Shown here: piece after piece, positions 49,133 through 59,105 of the stretch | How the letters are laid out: each line of letters starts with the position of its first letter | Numbering within the stretch: position 1 is the stretch's first letter | NCBI GenBank assembly: GCA_045613785.1 | Contig: JAZLBQ010000007.1 | Location: 78,547-142,546 of the forward strand | Direction of reading: 5' to 3' | DNA: 64,000 nucleotides | DNA from: Candidatus Enterousia sp. | GTDB taxonomy: Bacteria > Pseudomonadota > Alphaproteobacteria > Rs-D84 | The notes under the pieces: generated by a model | The model's input: the letters and a program-made list of their open reading frames with translations, nothing else | Databases searched by the model: none | What the model was told of the DNA's origin: nothing | Position numbers and translations under genes: made by a program

Positions 49133-50968
49133 GTGTATTTACATTCTTTAAAAATAAAAGGGTTCAGAAAAATATCTAATGCTGAAATAATATTTTCACC
49201 AAATACTACATTTTTAATTGGTGCCAATAATGCTGGAAAAAGCAGTGTGTTCGCAGCATTAAAGTTGTTTTTGTCTGCTAATAAAACTACGGCAGAAGAT
49301 GATTTTTGTAGAGAAAACAGCGAATGTTTGCCTAGTGATATAATTGAGTTGGAAGGAGAATTTAGAGGAGTGAATCCCGAAGTTATTTCTAATCCAAGTT
49401 GGAAAGGTTTTAATGCTAGACGAGTGTTGAAATATGCCAAAGATGACGGAACATATGATTATAGAATTTTTTACAAGAGAGTGTTTCATAGAGGAGGATC
49501 AAGCACCTTTTATATGCGAGAATTTAGCGCCGTTCCTAAACAAGAATATGCTAATGCTAGAACCTGGCGTAATTTAATTGAGAATGGATTAGATAGATTT
49601 TTAATTCATGTAGAAGACGATAAATTAGATGATCCTATATATAAAACAACAAGAAACTCTGTAAAAAACCCCGTAGATGAACTGTATGATATGGATGCGT
49701 TTTGGAATATTGATACAGACAGTGAGGATAATTTAGATTGGAAAGAAAATCCTGGCGGTTTCGCATCAAACGTTATTTCGAAATTGCCAAAAATTTTGCT
49801 TATCCCTCCTCATGATGATATTGATGAATATGGCGAAAAGAAGGGGACTTTATATGATCTTTTAAACGAAATATTTGATGAAATAAAATCTGTTTCAGAC
49901 AATTATCGTAATGCCCAACATTATTTATCATTATTGGCAAACGAATTTTCCTCTACTGATTCTAGTTCTCCATTAAGAGAGTTAATTGGCAATTTGAATA
50001 GTGTTATTGGTGGTGTTTTCCCAGGAGCAAAACTTGAAGCCACCACCACTTTTGATTATGACAATGCTTTGACACCAAAGTACAATATACGTTTGGGGAG
50101 TAATATCAGTACAAAACCAGAATACCAGGGAACAGGTCAGGTTAGAGCCGCAGTGTTTGGTTTGTTAAAATATAAAGAATCTCATGATAAAGAAAAAGGT
50201 AGAACAGAAAAAGATTTAATAATAGCATTTGAAGAACCTGAATTGTATTTGCATCCTCATGCGGCCTATTTAATGAAAGAAGTTATCTATAAATTATCCG
50301 AAAGTTGCCAAATGGTATGTTCAACACATTCTCCGTATATGATAGACTTATCAAAAGATAGAGAACAGATATTAAATAGGTTATCAGTAATTCGTGATGA
50401 ATATGATATTGAACAAACAAAAATTGAAGCATTCAACTTATCTCCTACGTACGAAACCTTACAAGATGATGAGAAATCGTATCTAAAAATGTTATTAAAA
50501 ATAGACAGTGAAATAGCAAAAGTGTTTTTTGGACAAAAAATACTCATCGTAGAAGGGGACACGGAAGAAATTGTATTGAAGAAAGTTTTATCATTACTTG
50601 AGGAAGATAAACGTAACAAGATAGTAGCGTCATGGACAATAGTAAAGGCTAGAGGTAAGCCTGTGATCATATCTTTAGTCAAATATTTAAGAGCAATGGG
50701 CTTTAGTGAGATAACAGTAATGCACGATAGCGACAATTCGAATGACAGAGCTATGGTATTTAACCAACCAATAAAAGATGTAGTCGGAAACGATGAACGT
50801 GTTGTTGTGTTAAATGGATGTATAGAAGAAGAGCTAGGGTATCAGGCTCCTGCAATAGATAAACCTTTTAAAGCGTTTTGCAAAGCGAATGAATGGCATG
50901 AATATACAGACGTGCCTGAATCATTTAGGTTAAAACTAGAACAAATATTCGGCTTAGAACATTTATAA
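49133..50968 (+). CDS. OLD-family ATP-dependent nuclease (ABC ATPase + TOPRIM)
   Basis: GANNAGKSS, QGTG, FEEPELYLHP, STHSP, IVEGDTE, HDSD. Confidence 0.9.
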   Translation: MYLHSLKIKGFRKISNAEIIFSPNTTFLIGANNAGKSSVFAALKLFLSANKTTAEDDFCRENSECLPSDIIELEGEFRGVNPEVISNPSWKGFNARRVLKYAKDDGTYDYRIFYKRVFHRGGSSTFYMREFSAVPKQEYANARTWRNLIENGLDRFLIHVEDDKLDDPIYKTTRNSVKNPVDELYDMDAFWNIDTDSEDNLDWKENPGGFASNVISKLPKILLIPPHDDIDEYGEKKGTLYDLLNEIFDEIKSVSDNYRNAQHYLSLLANEFSSTDSSSPLRELIGNLNSVIGGVFPGAKLEATTTFDYDNALTPKYNIRLGSNISTKPEYQGTGQVRAAVFGLLKYKESHDKEKGRTEKDLIIAFEEPELYLHPHAAYLMKEVIYKLSESCQMVCSTHSPYMIDLSKDREQILNRLSVIRDEYDIEQTKIEAFNLSPTYETLQDDEKSYLKMLLKIDSEIAKVFFGQKILIVEGDTEEIVLKKVLSLLEEDKRNKIVASWTIVKARGKPVIISLVKYLRAMGFSEITVMHDSDNSNDRAMVFNQPIKDVVGNDERVVVLNGCIEEELGYQAPAIDKPFKAFCKANEWHEYTDVPESFRLKLEQIFGLEHL

Positions 50969-51169
50969 AACCCTTGTATATTTGTAATGGCCTTTTATGT
51001 ATTTGTTATGATAGGTCCCTTTGGAGTCGGTCTTCATTAAATTTAAGAATTCTGTTTCTGGTACACCAAAGTATTGATATACGCTCTGGCTCTTAAATTC
51101 AATTTCTAAACCCCCATTTGCAAACCCAATAGTTGCAATATTGCTTGATTCAACTGGAATTCTATGCAT
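50963..51169 (-). CDS. KTSC-domain protein
   Basis: R.PVESSNIA.IG...LEIEF...YQYFGVP.....L....SKG.Y....IKG.Y. Confidence 0.88.
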   Translation of the reverse strand: MHRIPVESSNIATIGFANGGLEIEFKSQSVYQYFGVPETEFLNLMKTDSKGTYHNKYIKGHYKYTRVL

Positions 51170-51430
51170 AAATGCTCCTTTTTTTAAGAATTTTAGCTAA
51201 AATTTTGTAAAAAGCTATGTTTTTATACATTATGATATTACACTAATGTTTTTATTGGTGTGTTTGTTAAAATACAAGAAATTTAATATGGTGACGTTAA
51301 ACAGGCAACGAGGATCCAGTCACACAGTGGGTAGCAATAATTGCTTGTGTTCACAAGAATAACGAATAAAATATAATAGAACTTACTGATTATTTGCAGA
51401 GCAAAAAAATCTAGATGTCAGGAGAGCATA

Positions 51431-52357
51431 ATGATCAAACTTAATACATTGGAAGAAATACGTGATTTAAGAACCGTTTGGCCAAAAGAAGCATTGGACT
51501 TTACGCCGTGGTTGGCCAAAGAAGAGAATATGCTTTTGCTTGCAAATACGGTTGGTATTGATATTTCTGTAAACGAAACGGAAGCACCAGTAGGTGGATA
51601 TCGTGCAGATATTTATGCATATGAAACAGGAACGGACCGAAAGATCATTATAGAAAACCAATTAGAAGACACAAATCATGAACATTTGGGCAAGTTAATA
51701 ACCTATGCTTCTGGCAAAGGTGCCGATATTGTGATTTGGGTTGTAAAACATGCGAGAGATGAGCATAGATCAGCTGTAGAGTGGCTTAACAATCACACTG
51801 ATAAAGATATTAACTTTTTTCTTTGTGAGATAAAGTTGTATAAAATCGGCTCGTCTGAACCTGCTGTTAAGTTTGAGATTGTCGAACAGCCAAACGACTG
51901 GTCTAAGGAAATGAAAAAGCATAGTGGTTCTAGTGAAACGGAACAAAAACGTTACGATTATTGGGTAGATTTTCAGGAATATGCTTTCAAAAATGAGTCT
52001 TTTGCAAATAATTTTAATCGCAGAAAGCCATCATTTGATCATTGGAAAGATTTTAGCATAGGGGTTTCTGGTGCTTGGCTGGCCGTTTCCCTGATACACA
52101 AACGAAATGAATTAGATGTAGAATTATACATTGCGGACGATAAAGATCTGTTTAATTCACTGTTTCAGCATAAGGATGAGATAGAAGCTGAAACGGGACT
52201 GAAATTTGATTGGAAAGGTCTGCCAAATAAGAAGGGATGCAGAATAGTGACCGCTAAAAAGGCAGATCTAGCAAACAAAGATCTGTGGCCTGAACAATTT
52301 AACTGGTTGATAGACACTATGCTTAAAATGAAAAAAGCATTCAAAAAGTATTTATAA
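51431..52357 (+). CDS. PD-(D/E)xK-type nuclease domain + DUF4268
   Basis: VWPKEA.DFTPWL, ADI, IIENQL..T.H.HLGKLITYA. Confidence 0.85.
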   Translation: MIKLNTLEEIRDLRTVWPKEALDFTPWLAKEENMLLLANTVGIDISVNETEAPVGGYRADIYAYETGTDRKIIIENQLEDTNHEHLGKLITYASGKGADIVIWVVKHARDEHRSAVEWLNNHTDKDINFFLCEIKLYKIGSSEPAVKFEIVEQPNDWSKEMKKHSGSSETEQKRYDYWVDFQEYAFKNESFANNFNRRKPSFDHWKDFSIGVSGAWLAVSLIHKRNELDVELYIADDKDLFNSLFQHKDEIEAETGLKFDWKGLPNKKGCRIVTAKKADLANKDLWPEQFNWLIDTMLKMKKAFKKYL

Positions 52358-52370
52358 AGCAGCACTTTAA

Positions 52371-54002
52371 TTAAGAAAAATTAGATATAAATTCCATATT
52401 TTCAAAATATGAATGTCTAAAGTGTTCTAAATCAAAAGCCGAGGCTGTGTCAATGTTTGGCTCTGGCTCAACCCATTTAGGCTCTCGGTTAAGCTTGATG
52501 GATACAGCAATACGGCCATTGTTATCAATGGGATTTTTATTCCCCATGTTGTCGTAATCGACGATCCATTCCAGTGGTGACTGTTGATTAGCGCAAACTT
52601 TGAAAAAACGGTCTACATTATCTCTAATAACTAATTTTCCCATATTTTTATATGTTGCTTCAGAATATATAGAAGAAAAACCTTGAAGGTTTGGAATTAC
52701 AGGTATGATTACCTCTTTCTTAGTGTCTTCAAATTTTTTATTGGCGTTTTCTCCAAACACAATATATGCATATGATTTTTTATCATTTTTTGAGAATATT
52801 TTATGTAAAACCCCACCGTATTGACCATAGATAAAATCATTTGTTTTTAGGTGATTATATACTTGAATGTCAAATTCATGTAAACAAACCAGCAATGTTA
52901 CTAAATCGGGCGAATAAAATTCATTTATAGATGCGATATGTTTGGAAAATAAAACCAATCGGTCAAAAATTTGTTCCATTTGTCGCAAATTGAATTTGAA
53001 CCAAATGCTATAATACGTAAAATAATTTATTATAATATTTTCACATGTTTGGTGTTGGTTATATGTGTCGGCTTGTTTTATAAACTCATTTAAGTTTTCT
53101 CCAAAAAAAGTTTGGTTAATATAATCTCTATATTTGTCTCTCCTGATTTTGAATAACAAATCCTTTTTATTCTCTTGAATGCGCTGTATAATATTTGGCA
53201 TATCTGACCTGCTATATAAATATTCCGTAAATTTTGCTTTGTCGGGTTTGGGCAAGACAAAAGAATTATTTATAAATTTGCGCTTATAGCCGTCAAAATT
53301 CTTTGTGCCATACAGGGTTTCTACCGAGCTTTTAAGCTGATCCTCATCGATTGCCAAAACAAATACGAATCCGGGGATATCAAAGAAATGTTTGAGTATT
53401 TCAAGTGTTTTAACTGCATAGTCTGGACGACAACGATCTAGTTCATCAATAATGATAATGATCGGTTTGTTAATACGTTTCGCCCAAGCAGATAGAAAGT
53501 TTTTGGTTTTGTGTAGCTGTGCTTCATACTCCAAATAAGAGTTGTACAACTTACTTTTAGAAGGTTTTAGTTGCTTGTATAATCTAACGATCTTATCGAT
53601 GTTAAAGCCAAAGTATTTTAGAAAACGTTTGAAAAGCCATGTTGTTATATTGATGCTGATTTTTAGCTTGTTTGACATCCATATACGAAATTTATTATTT
53701 TTTATATAAACATCCTGCAATTTAATCAGCAAAGGGATCAATGGATTATCATAAAAATCCATTTTCCATATATTTAGCATGCTTACAGGAACATCGTCTT
53801 GCTCCAAGATGTCTGCCAGTCTTTCGCAAAAAAATGTTTTTCCAACACCAAATTCAGCAGAAATGGAATAAACTTTTGATGTCCCATTTTCTACGTATTT
53901 TTCCTGCTTTAAAATATTGGCAAAGCTTGTAACGTGCTGCTTTATACCAAGTTTGTCTTTCAACCAAATATCTTCATTTTTAATAGTTTCGCTTTTTGCC
54001 AT
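52371..54002 (-). CDS. KAP-family P-loop NTPase
   Basis: D.LG, SAEFGVGKT, IIIIDELDRCRP, LEILKHFF, FVLAID. Confidence 0.88.
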   Translation of the reverse strand: MAKSETIKNEDIWLKDKLGIKQHVTSFANILKQEKYVENGTSKVYSISAEFGVGKTFFCERLADILEQDDVPVSMLNIWKMDFYDNPLIPLLIKLQDVYIKNNKFRIWMSNKLKISINITTWLFKRFLKYFGFNIDKIVRLYKQLKPSKSKLYNSYLEYEAQLHKTKNFLSAWAKRINKPIIIIIDELDRCRPDYAVKTLEILKHFFDIPGFVFVLAIDEDQLKSSVETLYGTKNFDGYKRKFINNSFVLPKPDKAKFTEYLYSRSDMPNIIQRIQENKKDLLFKIRRDKYRDYINQTFFGENLNEFIKQADTYNQHQTCENIIINYFTYYSIWFKFNLRQMEQIFDRLVLFSKHIASINEFYSPDLVTLLVCLHEFDIQVYNHLKTNDFIYGQYGGVLHKIFSKNDKKSYAYIVFGENANKKFEDTKKEVIIPVIPNLQGFSSIYSEATYKNMGKLVIRDNVDRFFKVCANQQSPLEWIVDYDNMGNKNPIDNNGRIAVSIKLNREPKWVEPEPNIDTASAFDLEHFRHSYFENMEFISNFS

Positions 54003-54166
54003 GTTATGATCCGTATCTTTAAATTATTTTGTTTAAAACATAGCAAAATTCAAACAATTACGCAACATGATATAGGGATAAAAACTTTCTTGCGTATTCC
54101 TATCTATTTCACTAGCTATTCCATTTTTTGTTGGCATTGTTGTGTTGAAAAAGCAAGAGGTGCGAC

Positions 54167-54700
54167 ATGACAACAATAAACAAGCAACACGGATTCTATG
54201 GTGCGCTGGCGGCACATTATGGCAACCCAGACCACCAAAACGCAATCTGGGACATCACGGTTAAACGCCTGGGGCAAATTTGCCCCGAAAAGTCCGCCGA
54301 TGAAATCCTGGAATTTCTGAACGGTCGCGCCAGACGACACCTGGCCGACGAGATATTCGACGGCCCCGGTACCCTGAGTTATGGGGTGGCGATGCTGCGC
54401 GTGGCAATGCTGAACAAACTAAAAATGGCCAAGTGGTGGGCGTATCACACCGGTGCAACGCCACGCCCAATCATGGTGGACAAGCGCATGCTGTACCGGT
54501 CCGCAATCAATAACGAAATGCGCAACCGCCGCATCCGCAAATTGGTGGACGGTGCGCTGGCCTGTGCCCAGGACGACGTATGGCAGACACCAGAAATGTG
54601 GTTAAAATCAGATCTGACGGGGCTGGACGAACTGGAAATGATGTGGACACAGATTCAGCAAGAACTTAAAACCAAAGGCACAGCACATGGAAACGATTGA
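54167..54700 (+). CDS. GC-rich mobile-element hypothetical protein
   Basis: GFYGAL...W...EFLNGR.RRHLAD resembles MGE hypotheticals; visibly higher GC than its flanks. Confidence 0.6.
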   Translation: MTTINKQHGFYGALAAHYGNPDHQNAIWDITVKRLGQICPEKSADEILEFLNGRARRHLADEIFDGPGTLSYGVAMLRVAMLNKLKMAKWWAYHTGATPRPIMVDKRMLYRSAINNEMRNRRIRKLVDGALACAQDDVWQTPEMWLKSDLTGLDELEMMWTQIQQELKTKGTAHGND

Positions 54701-54956
54701 TGCGCTGGAACAGAAACTGTACGCCGCCCGGCGGGGTGTGCCGGGGGCGAGATATCAAACAGACCTGGTCATCGACCTGAGCGGGCCGGCGGGCAATATC
54801 TTCTATCTTATGGGCGTGTGTAATCGCCTGGTGCGCGAACTGGGATTGTCAGAACAGCTAAAACGCGAATATGAAATAGAAATCAACTCTGCGGATGACT
54901 ATCAATCCCGCCTGACCATCATGCAAAAATGGTTTGGGATTGTGTTTGTGGAATAA
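54687..54956 (+). CDS. Small phage/ICE-type hypothetical protein
   Basis: IDLSGPAGNIFYLMG...SADDY motif; overlaps the upstream gene. Confidence 0.6.
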   Translation: METIDALEQKLYAARRGVPGARYQTDLVIDLSGPAGNIFYLMGVCNRLVRELGLSEQLKREYEIEINSADDYQSRLTIMQKWFGIVFVE

Positions 54957-55020
54957 GAAACCACATAGATTGATTTATCGATTATTTTGTACTAAACTTC
55001 TGATCAACAGGGGAATAGCA

Positions 55021-55668
55021 ATGATAGAAATGAAAGCGAAAGATAAAGAGGAATTAGAAAAGATAGTTTCTATCTTGCTTAACAAGTCAATAAGCGCATA
55101 TATTGATAGCTACATTTATCTAACATCGTACAATCAAGAGATAAATACAAATCAACATACTTTTGTATTCAGATACAGTTTTTATGCTATTCAGCAGCGA
55201 CTGATTATTTCAGTTAAAAAGCTACTTGAGCCCGCAAAGACAGATAAAATTACTATGTTTTCCATAGGTAAAATTATAGAACGTCCGGATTTTTGCGATA
55301 ATCTTTACGATAAAAACGGCATAAAGTATATTTATACAGATAGATTAAATCTTATTTTTAACTCAGTTCATGCTAAAAGACTAAAGAATACACGAGATAT
55401 TTTTTGTCACAACTTATGCAATGAAAGTAAAGAACCAGTGTGTTATTGCAAAGATTTTATGAACGTCTTGCAAGAATGCTTAAATATATTATTAGATGTC
55501 CGAGAACAGGTGCTTGGCTTAACAGATATAAACTTCCAGCAAATAAAAGATCTTGCTTTAAAAATTGCGGAAGACTATTGGAGCTGTATAAATTCGGGAG
55601 CTACGGAAACAGCATTGACACTAAAAGAACTGCAGCTTTACGACGAGCTAGTTGGAAACACTCAGTAA
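55021..55668 (+). CDS. AbiU2-like HEPN protein 1
   Basis: All-helical; IISVKKLLEP; LKNTRDIFCHN (R-x4-H). Confidence 0.55.
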   Translation: MIEMKAKDKEELEKIVSILLNKSISAYIDSYIYLTSYNQEINTNQHTFVFRYSFYAIQQRLIISVKKLLEPAKTDKITMFSIGKIIERPDFCDNLYDKNGIKYIYTDRLNLIFNSVHAKRLKNTRDIFCHNLCNESKEPVCYCKDFMNVLQECLNILLDVREQVLGLTDINFQQIKDLALKIAEDYWSCINSGATETALTLKELQLYDELVGNTQ

Positions 55669-55700
55669 GGAAATTTTTAGATTAAATATAAGGAACTCGC

Positions 55701-56333
55701 ATGGATATAGAAAACGCGATAGACTATTTGAATTCTCTTGACGATATATTAACGGAACTAATCCTTAATAGGACCTGTTATCTTGATTTTAATAACGCAT
55801 TGATTGAGCAAAAGGCCAAACAAAATAACTTTATATCATGGTGTCTTAGTAATTATTATAAAGTTACGGTAATAAATTTATGCAAGTTATTAGAATCAAG
55901 GGGGAGCGATAATAATAAAAGAACTCTGCGGTATTTTGTAAATTTTTGGAAAAAACAAAAAAATTATGAAGTGTTGAAAAGTAGTATGGAAAACGCTGTT
56001 ATTGAATATCATGAACCCGATACGGGTAAAGTATATACTGAAGATATAAGTCAAGATATGCTAAGATACTTGGCAAGTATTAGCCTTGAAAACGATTTAA
56101 TTAAAATACAAAGCATGCACACAAAATTAAAAACGTTAAGAGATAAAAAGTTAGTACATAATGACTATGTGGATTTTGATATCGACTCTCCACGCGTTGT
56201 AGAGTTGCATAACTTTATAGACGAAGTAGAGGCAATGATAAAAAGTTATTACGGGTTGTTTCGTCAAGGAATTGTATATGAGGATTTAAAACGTTCGCCA
56301 AGATATGGCAAATTTACCTTGTGTTTAAAGTAG
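55701..56333 (+). CDS. AbiU2-like HEPN protein 2
   Basis: VINLCKLLE; LKTLRDKKLVHND (R-x5-H). Confidence 0.65.
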   Translation: MDIENAIDYLNSLDDILTELILNRTCYLDFNNALIEQKAKQNNFISWCLSNYYKVTVINLCKLLESRGSDNNKRTLRYFVNFWKKQKNYEVLKSSMENAVIEYHEPDTGKVYTEDISQDMLRYLASISLENDLIKIQSMHTKLKTLRDKKLVHNDYVDFDIDSPRVVELHNFIDEVEAMIKSYYGLFRQGIVYEDLKRSPRYGKFTLCLK

Positions 56334-56339
56334 TTTGAA

Positions 56340-56660
56340 TCATCTTATTGGTTGTTTTTTATACGTCCCCCACAACACTTCAAATCTTTTACTATATTCT
56401 TGCGCTGGGTGGGGCAGGAAGATGCAGTTTTCACTGTTATACTTGGTGGCGGCGGTGGTCCAGTTATAGGAACCCGTCACTATACGCCGATTATCAAAGA
56501 CAGCGAATTTATTATGTTCAATCTTGTGCCGGCGGTTGGTGCGGACGGGTATGCCGGCGACGACCTGTTCATCAATCATGGACGATTTATGTCCGGCCAT
56601 AGTTCGGTCGGTGATGATGCGGACATGGGCGCCCCGTTGGTGGGCGGCAATAAAAAACAA
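56340..56660 (-). pseudogene. 5'-truncated phospholipase D/Nuc-family nuclease
   Basis: HNKFAVFD...TGSYNWT..A...N.EN (HKD motif); N-terminal part absent. Confidence 0.7.
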
Positions 56661-56760
56661 TGTTACAGATCGGGAATAAATGTAGTAAAAAAGGGCTTTA
56701 AAAGCGTTTTTATTACCGAGCGGGAAGATTCGTGGTGTTTTTGGTGTGTTTTTGGCAAAA

Positions 56761-56828
56761 TCTTACATATCGGTAAGAAAACAGTTGATTCTATGATTTT
56801 TTTATGATAATCTTACCGATGAGGAAGA
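56761..56828 (+). promoter_or_regulatory. hipBA promoter with two operator palindromes
   Basis: TCTTAC-N6-GTAAGA (56761-56778) and TCTTAC-N6-GGAAGA (56811-56828) flank TTGATT and -10-like elements. Confidence 0.65.
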
Positions 56829-56843
56829 AAAGGGGGAGAGTGT

Positions 56844-57065
56844 ATGATGAAGATAAAAGACTCAAGGGTTTTTGGTGAAGTTATACGCAAGGTACGTAAA
56901 AAACAGGGGCTGACCCAGGCACAACTTGCAGGGATTGTAAACACTAGTCCACGACTGATTGGTGAGTTAGAACGTGGCAAGCCTACAATTCAGCTGGAAA
57001 AAGCGTTAAAGGTTGCTTGGATGCTGGGGGTTAACATAGAAACACCGGAAATCGAAAATGACTAG
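56844..57065 (+). CDS. hipB: HipB-like HTH antitoxin
   Basis: RK.RKKQGLTQAQLA....S...IGELERGK; overlaps hipA. Confidence 0.88.
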   Translation: MMKIKDSRVFGEVIRKVRKKQGLTQAQLAGIVNTSPRLIGELERGKPTIQLEKALKVAWMLGVNIETPEIEND

Positions 57066-58314
57066 AACTTTGAATGTTTTTTTATATAGCCAAAAAGTTG
57101 GCAAACTATCCGAAGACGATGTAGGTTATTTGGAATTTAAATACGCAAATGATGCAAAATGGCCGATATCAGTTCGTATGCCGGTTAGAACAAGAAAGTA
57201 TGATCGTCGTTACGCTGAACCATTCTTTGATAATCTGACACCAGAGGGTGATGCGCTGAAGCTGATAGCGGATAAATTCCATATATCAGATGATAATACT
57301 TTTTCTGTGCTGGACAAGATTGGTGGCGAATGTGCGGGGGCTATTTCACTGTATCCAGATGAGATGCCAAATGTCGATGAAGATTTGGTGGAAATTACAG
57401 ACGATAAACTGGTAAAAATAATTCAAGAATTGCCCCAAAACCCATTGCTGACGGGTATTGAGGGAGCACCTAGATTATCATTGGCCGGCGCGCAATCTAA
57501 ATTCGCTGTGGTAAAGGGCGTAGATGACAAATACTATCGTTCCACGAACACTCACCCCACAACGCACATAATAAAAATCGTAAATCAGCGTTTTCCAGAA
57601 TTACTGAATAATGAATTATTCTGTATGAAGTTGGCGGCCAAAACATTGTTAGGCATGGGAACGGTTCCTGTGGCACTGCGTGCAACGGGTGGGCATAAAT
57701 ATCTGGAAATTGAACGGTATGACAGACGTGTTGTAGCAGATGGGCGGGTCGAAAGGGTTCATCAGGAAGATTTTTGTCAGATTTTGGGGTATTTGGAACG
57801 TAGCAAGTATCAAAAGGATCGTGGGCCAGGAATCCGTGATGTCTATAATGCAATCCTGGAATATTCGTCTGCACCGGCAACTGATGCATACAGATTTGTT
57901 GAATTGGTAATGTTTAACTATCTGATTGGTAATACGGATGCACATGCCAAGAATTTTTCAATATTGCACGAAGATTATGGAAAAAACATATTTTTGGCGC
58001 CGGCCTATGATTTGATTTCGGTAGAGGTGTATCCAGAAACAACAGTTGATCATGAAACTGCAATGATTATAAACGGCAAGGCTAAATATGATGCTATGAC
58101 CAAGAAAGACTGGTTGGCATTATATGAACAGCTGGAGCTGAATCCGGCACGCGTTTTGCAGACACTTCGGGACAGATTAAGCGGGGTGCTTGGGGCGGCC
58201 AAAACATTGCGTGATGAATTGAATGCAGATGTGCTGACTAAATCGGATATCTATGACAAGATTGTAGATATCATAGAAAAGCGTTATTCGGCCATCATCG
58301 CTGATAATAAATAA
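57058..58314 (+). CDS. hipA: HipA-family kinase toxin
   Basis: LSLAGAQSK, RYDR, HQEDFCQ, GNTDAHAKNFS, LAPAYD. Confidence 0.93.
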   Translation: MTRTLNVFLYSQKVGKLSEDDVGYLEFKYANDAKWPISVRMPVRTRKYDRRYAEPFFDNLTPEGDALKLIADKFHISDDNTFSVLDKIGGECAGAISLYPDEMPNVDEDLVEITDDKLVKIIQELPQNPLLTGIEGAPRLSLAGAQSKFAVVKGVDDKYYRSTNTHPTTHIIKIVNQRFPELLNNELFCMKLAAKTLLGMGTVPVALRATGGHKYLEIERYDRRVVADGRVERVHQEDFCQILGYLERSKYQKDRGPGIRDVYNAILEYSSAPATDAYRFVELVMFNYLIGNTDAHAKNFSILHEDYGKNIFLAPAYDLISVEVYPETTVDHETAMIINGKAKYDAMTKKDWLALYEQLELNPARVLQTLRDRLSGVLGAAKTLRDELNADVLTKSDIYDKIVDIIEKRYSAIIADNK

Positions 58315-58337
58315 CGGACGTGTTTTGTTGATTAAAT

Positions 58338-58367
58338 AGAGGTGTCGGAAGTGATGCCTCTTTTTTT
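58338..58367 (+). terminator. Intrinsic terminator
   Basis: agaggtgtc...gatgcctct followed by a T run. Confidence 0.65.
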
Positions 58368-58678
58368 AGGCTTGTGATAAATCGGCAATAGTTGATTTGG
58401 TGTCGTATCTATATTCAAGAACACCTGCATTTTATCTGTGCAAATATTCATTCCAAAAACGCCCATTTTTGCAATATGTTCAAAATATGTAGATTTTTTT
58501 ATGGGTTGTGAAATGGTAAGTTATTCATCGGACTGCGGACAGGTTGCGGATCCTGTGTAGCTGCTGTGTAGCCAAGGGGTTAAATAGTGGTGTTTTTGGG
58601 TGGATTGTGGTGTGCCTAAATCCAAAAGTGTTAACAAAGAAAAACGCCGCAAAATCAACGATTTTGCGACGGAATTCG

Positions 58679-58725
58679 TGGCTCGGGCAACTGGACTCGA
58701 ACCAGTGACATACGGATTAACAGTC
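58679..58725 (-). repeat. 47-bp duplicated 3' half of tRNA-Asn (att site)
   Basis: Identical to 63908-63954, from anticodon loop to CCA. Confidence 0.93.
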
Positions 58726-58949
58726 AAAAAGCGGCAGTTGCTGTAAAATCGCTGTAAGCCAGTGTGAGCAAGGGATTGCGAGTTTTTGTAAAAGTCGCTT
58801 TTGGGGTGCTTGGTGTAAGATTATGTGTTTTTATAAAAAAATATTTTGAAACTCAAAATGCAAGCGGTTAAGAGTTGTAAAAAAACATTTTTTTCAAAAA
58901 TTAAAAATTTATAAAAAAGCCAGAAATCTGCATATTATAAGGCCTCGCT

Positions 58950-58984
58950 GTACCCCTACCATAGAAATCAGTGTAGATTTCTAT
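58950..58984. repeat. Island end motif with ATAGAAATC-N6-GATTTCTAT inverted repeat
   Basis: GTACCCCTACC then a perfect 9-bp inverted repeat at 58961-58984. Confidence 0.7.
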
Positions 58985-59105
58985 AAAAACGCTATTTTCA
59001 CTACATATAAAATTGAATTTTTAATGATATGTTCAAAGAGACTTGATTTGATATTTTTTGTAATTATACTATAACACAGATAACCAATGCATTAAGGGGG
59101 TATAT

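Larger units (their letters stand above)
40654..58723. mobile_element. Integrase-less defence island A (~18 kb) at tRNA-Asn
   Basis: Flanked by direct att-core repeats; left-end motif shared with island B; defence cargo; no integrase ORF seen. Confidence 0.7.

Noticed and set aside
24780-50968. Gabija (OLD + UvrD)
   Set aside because: The genes are about 22 kb apart, on opposite strands and on different sides of the att boundary
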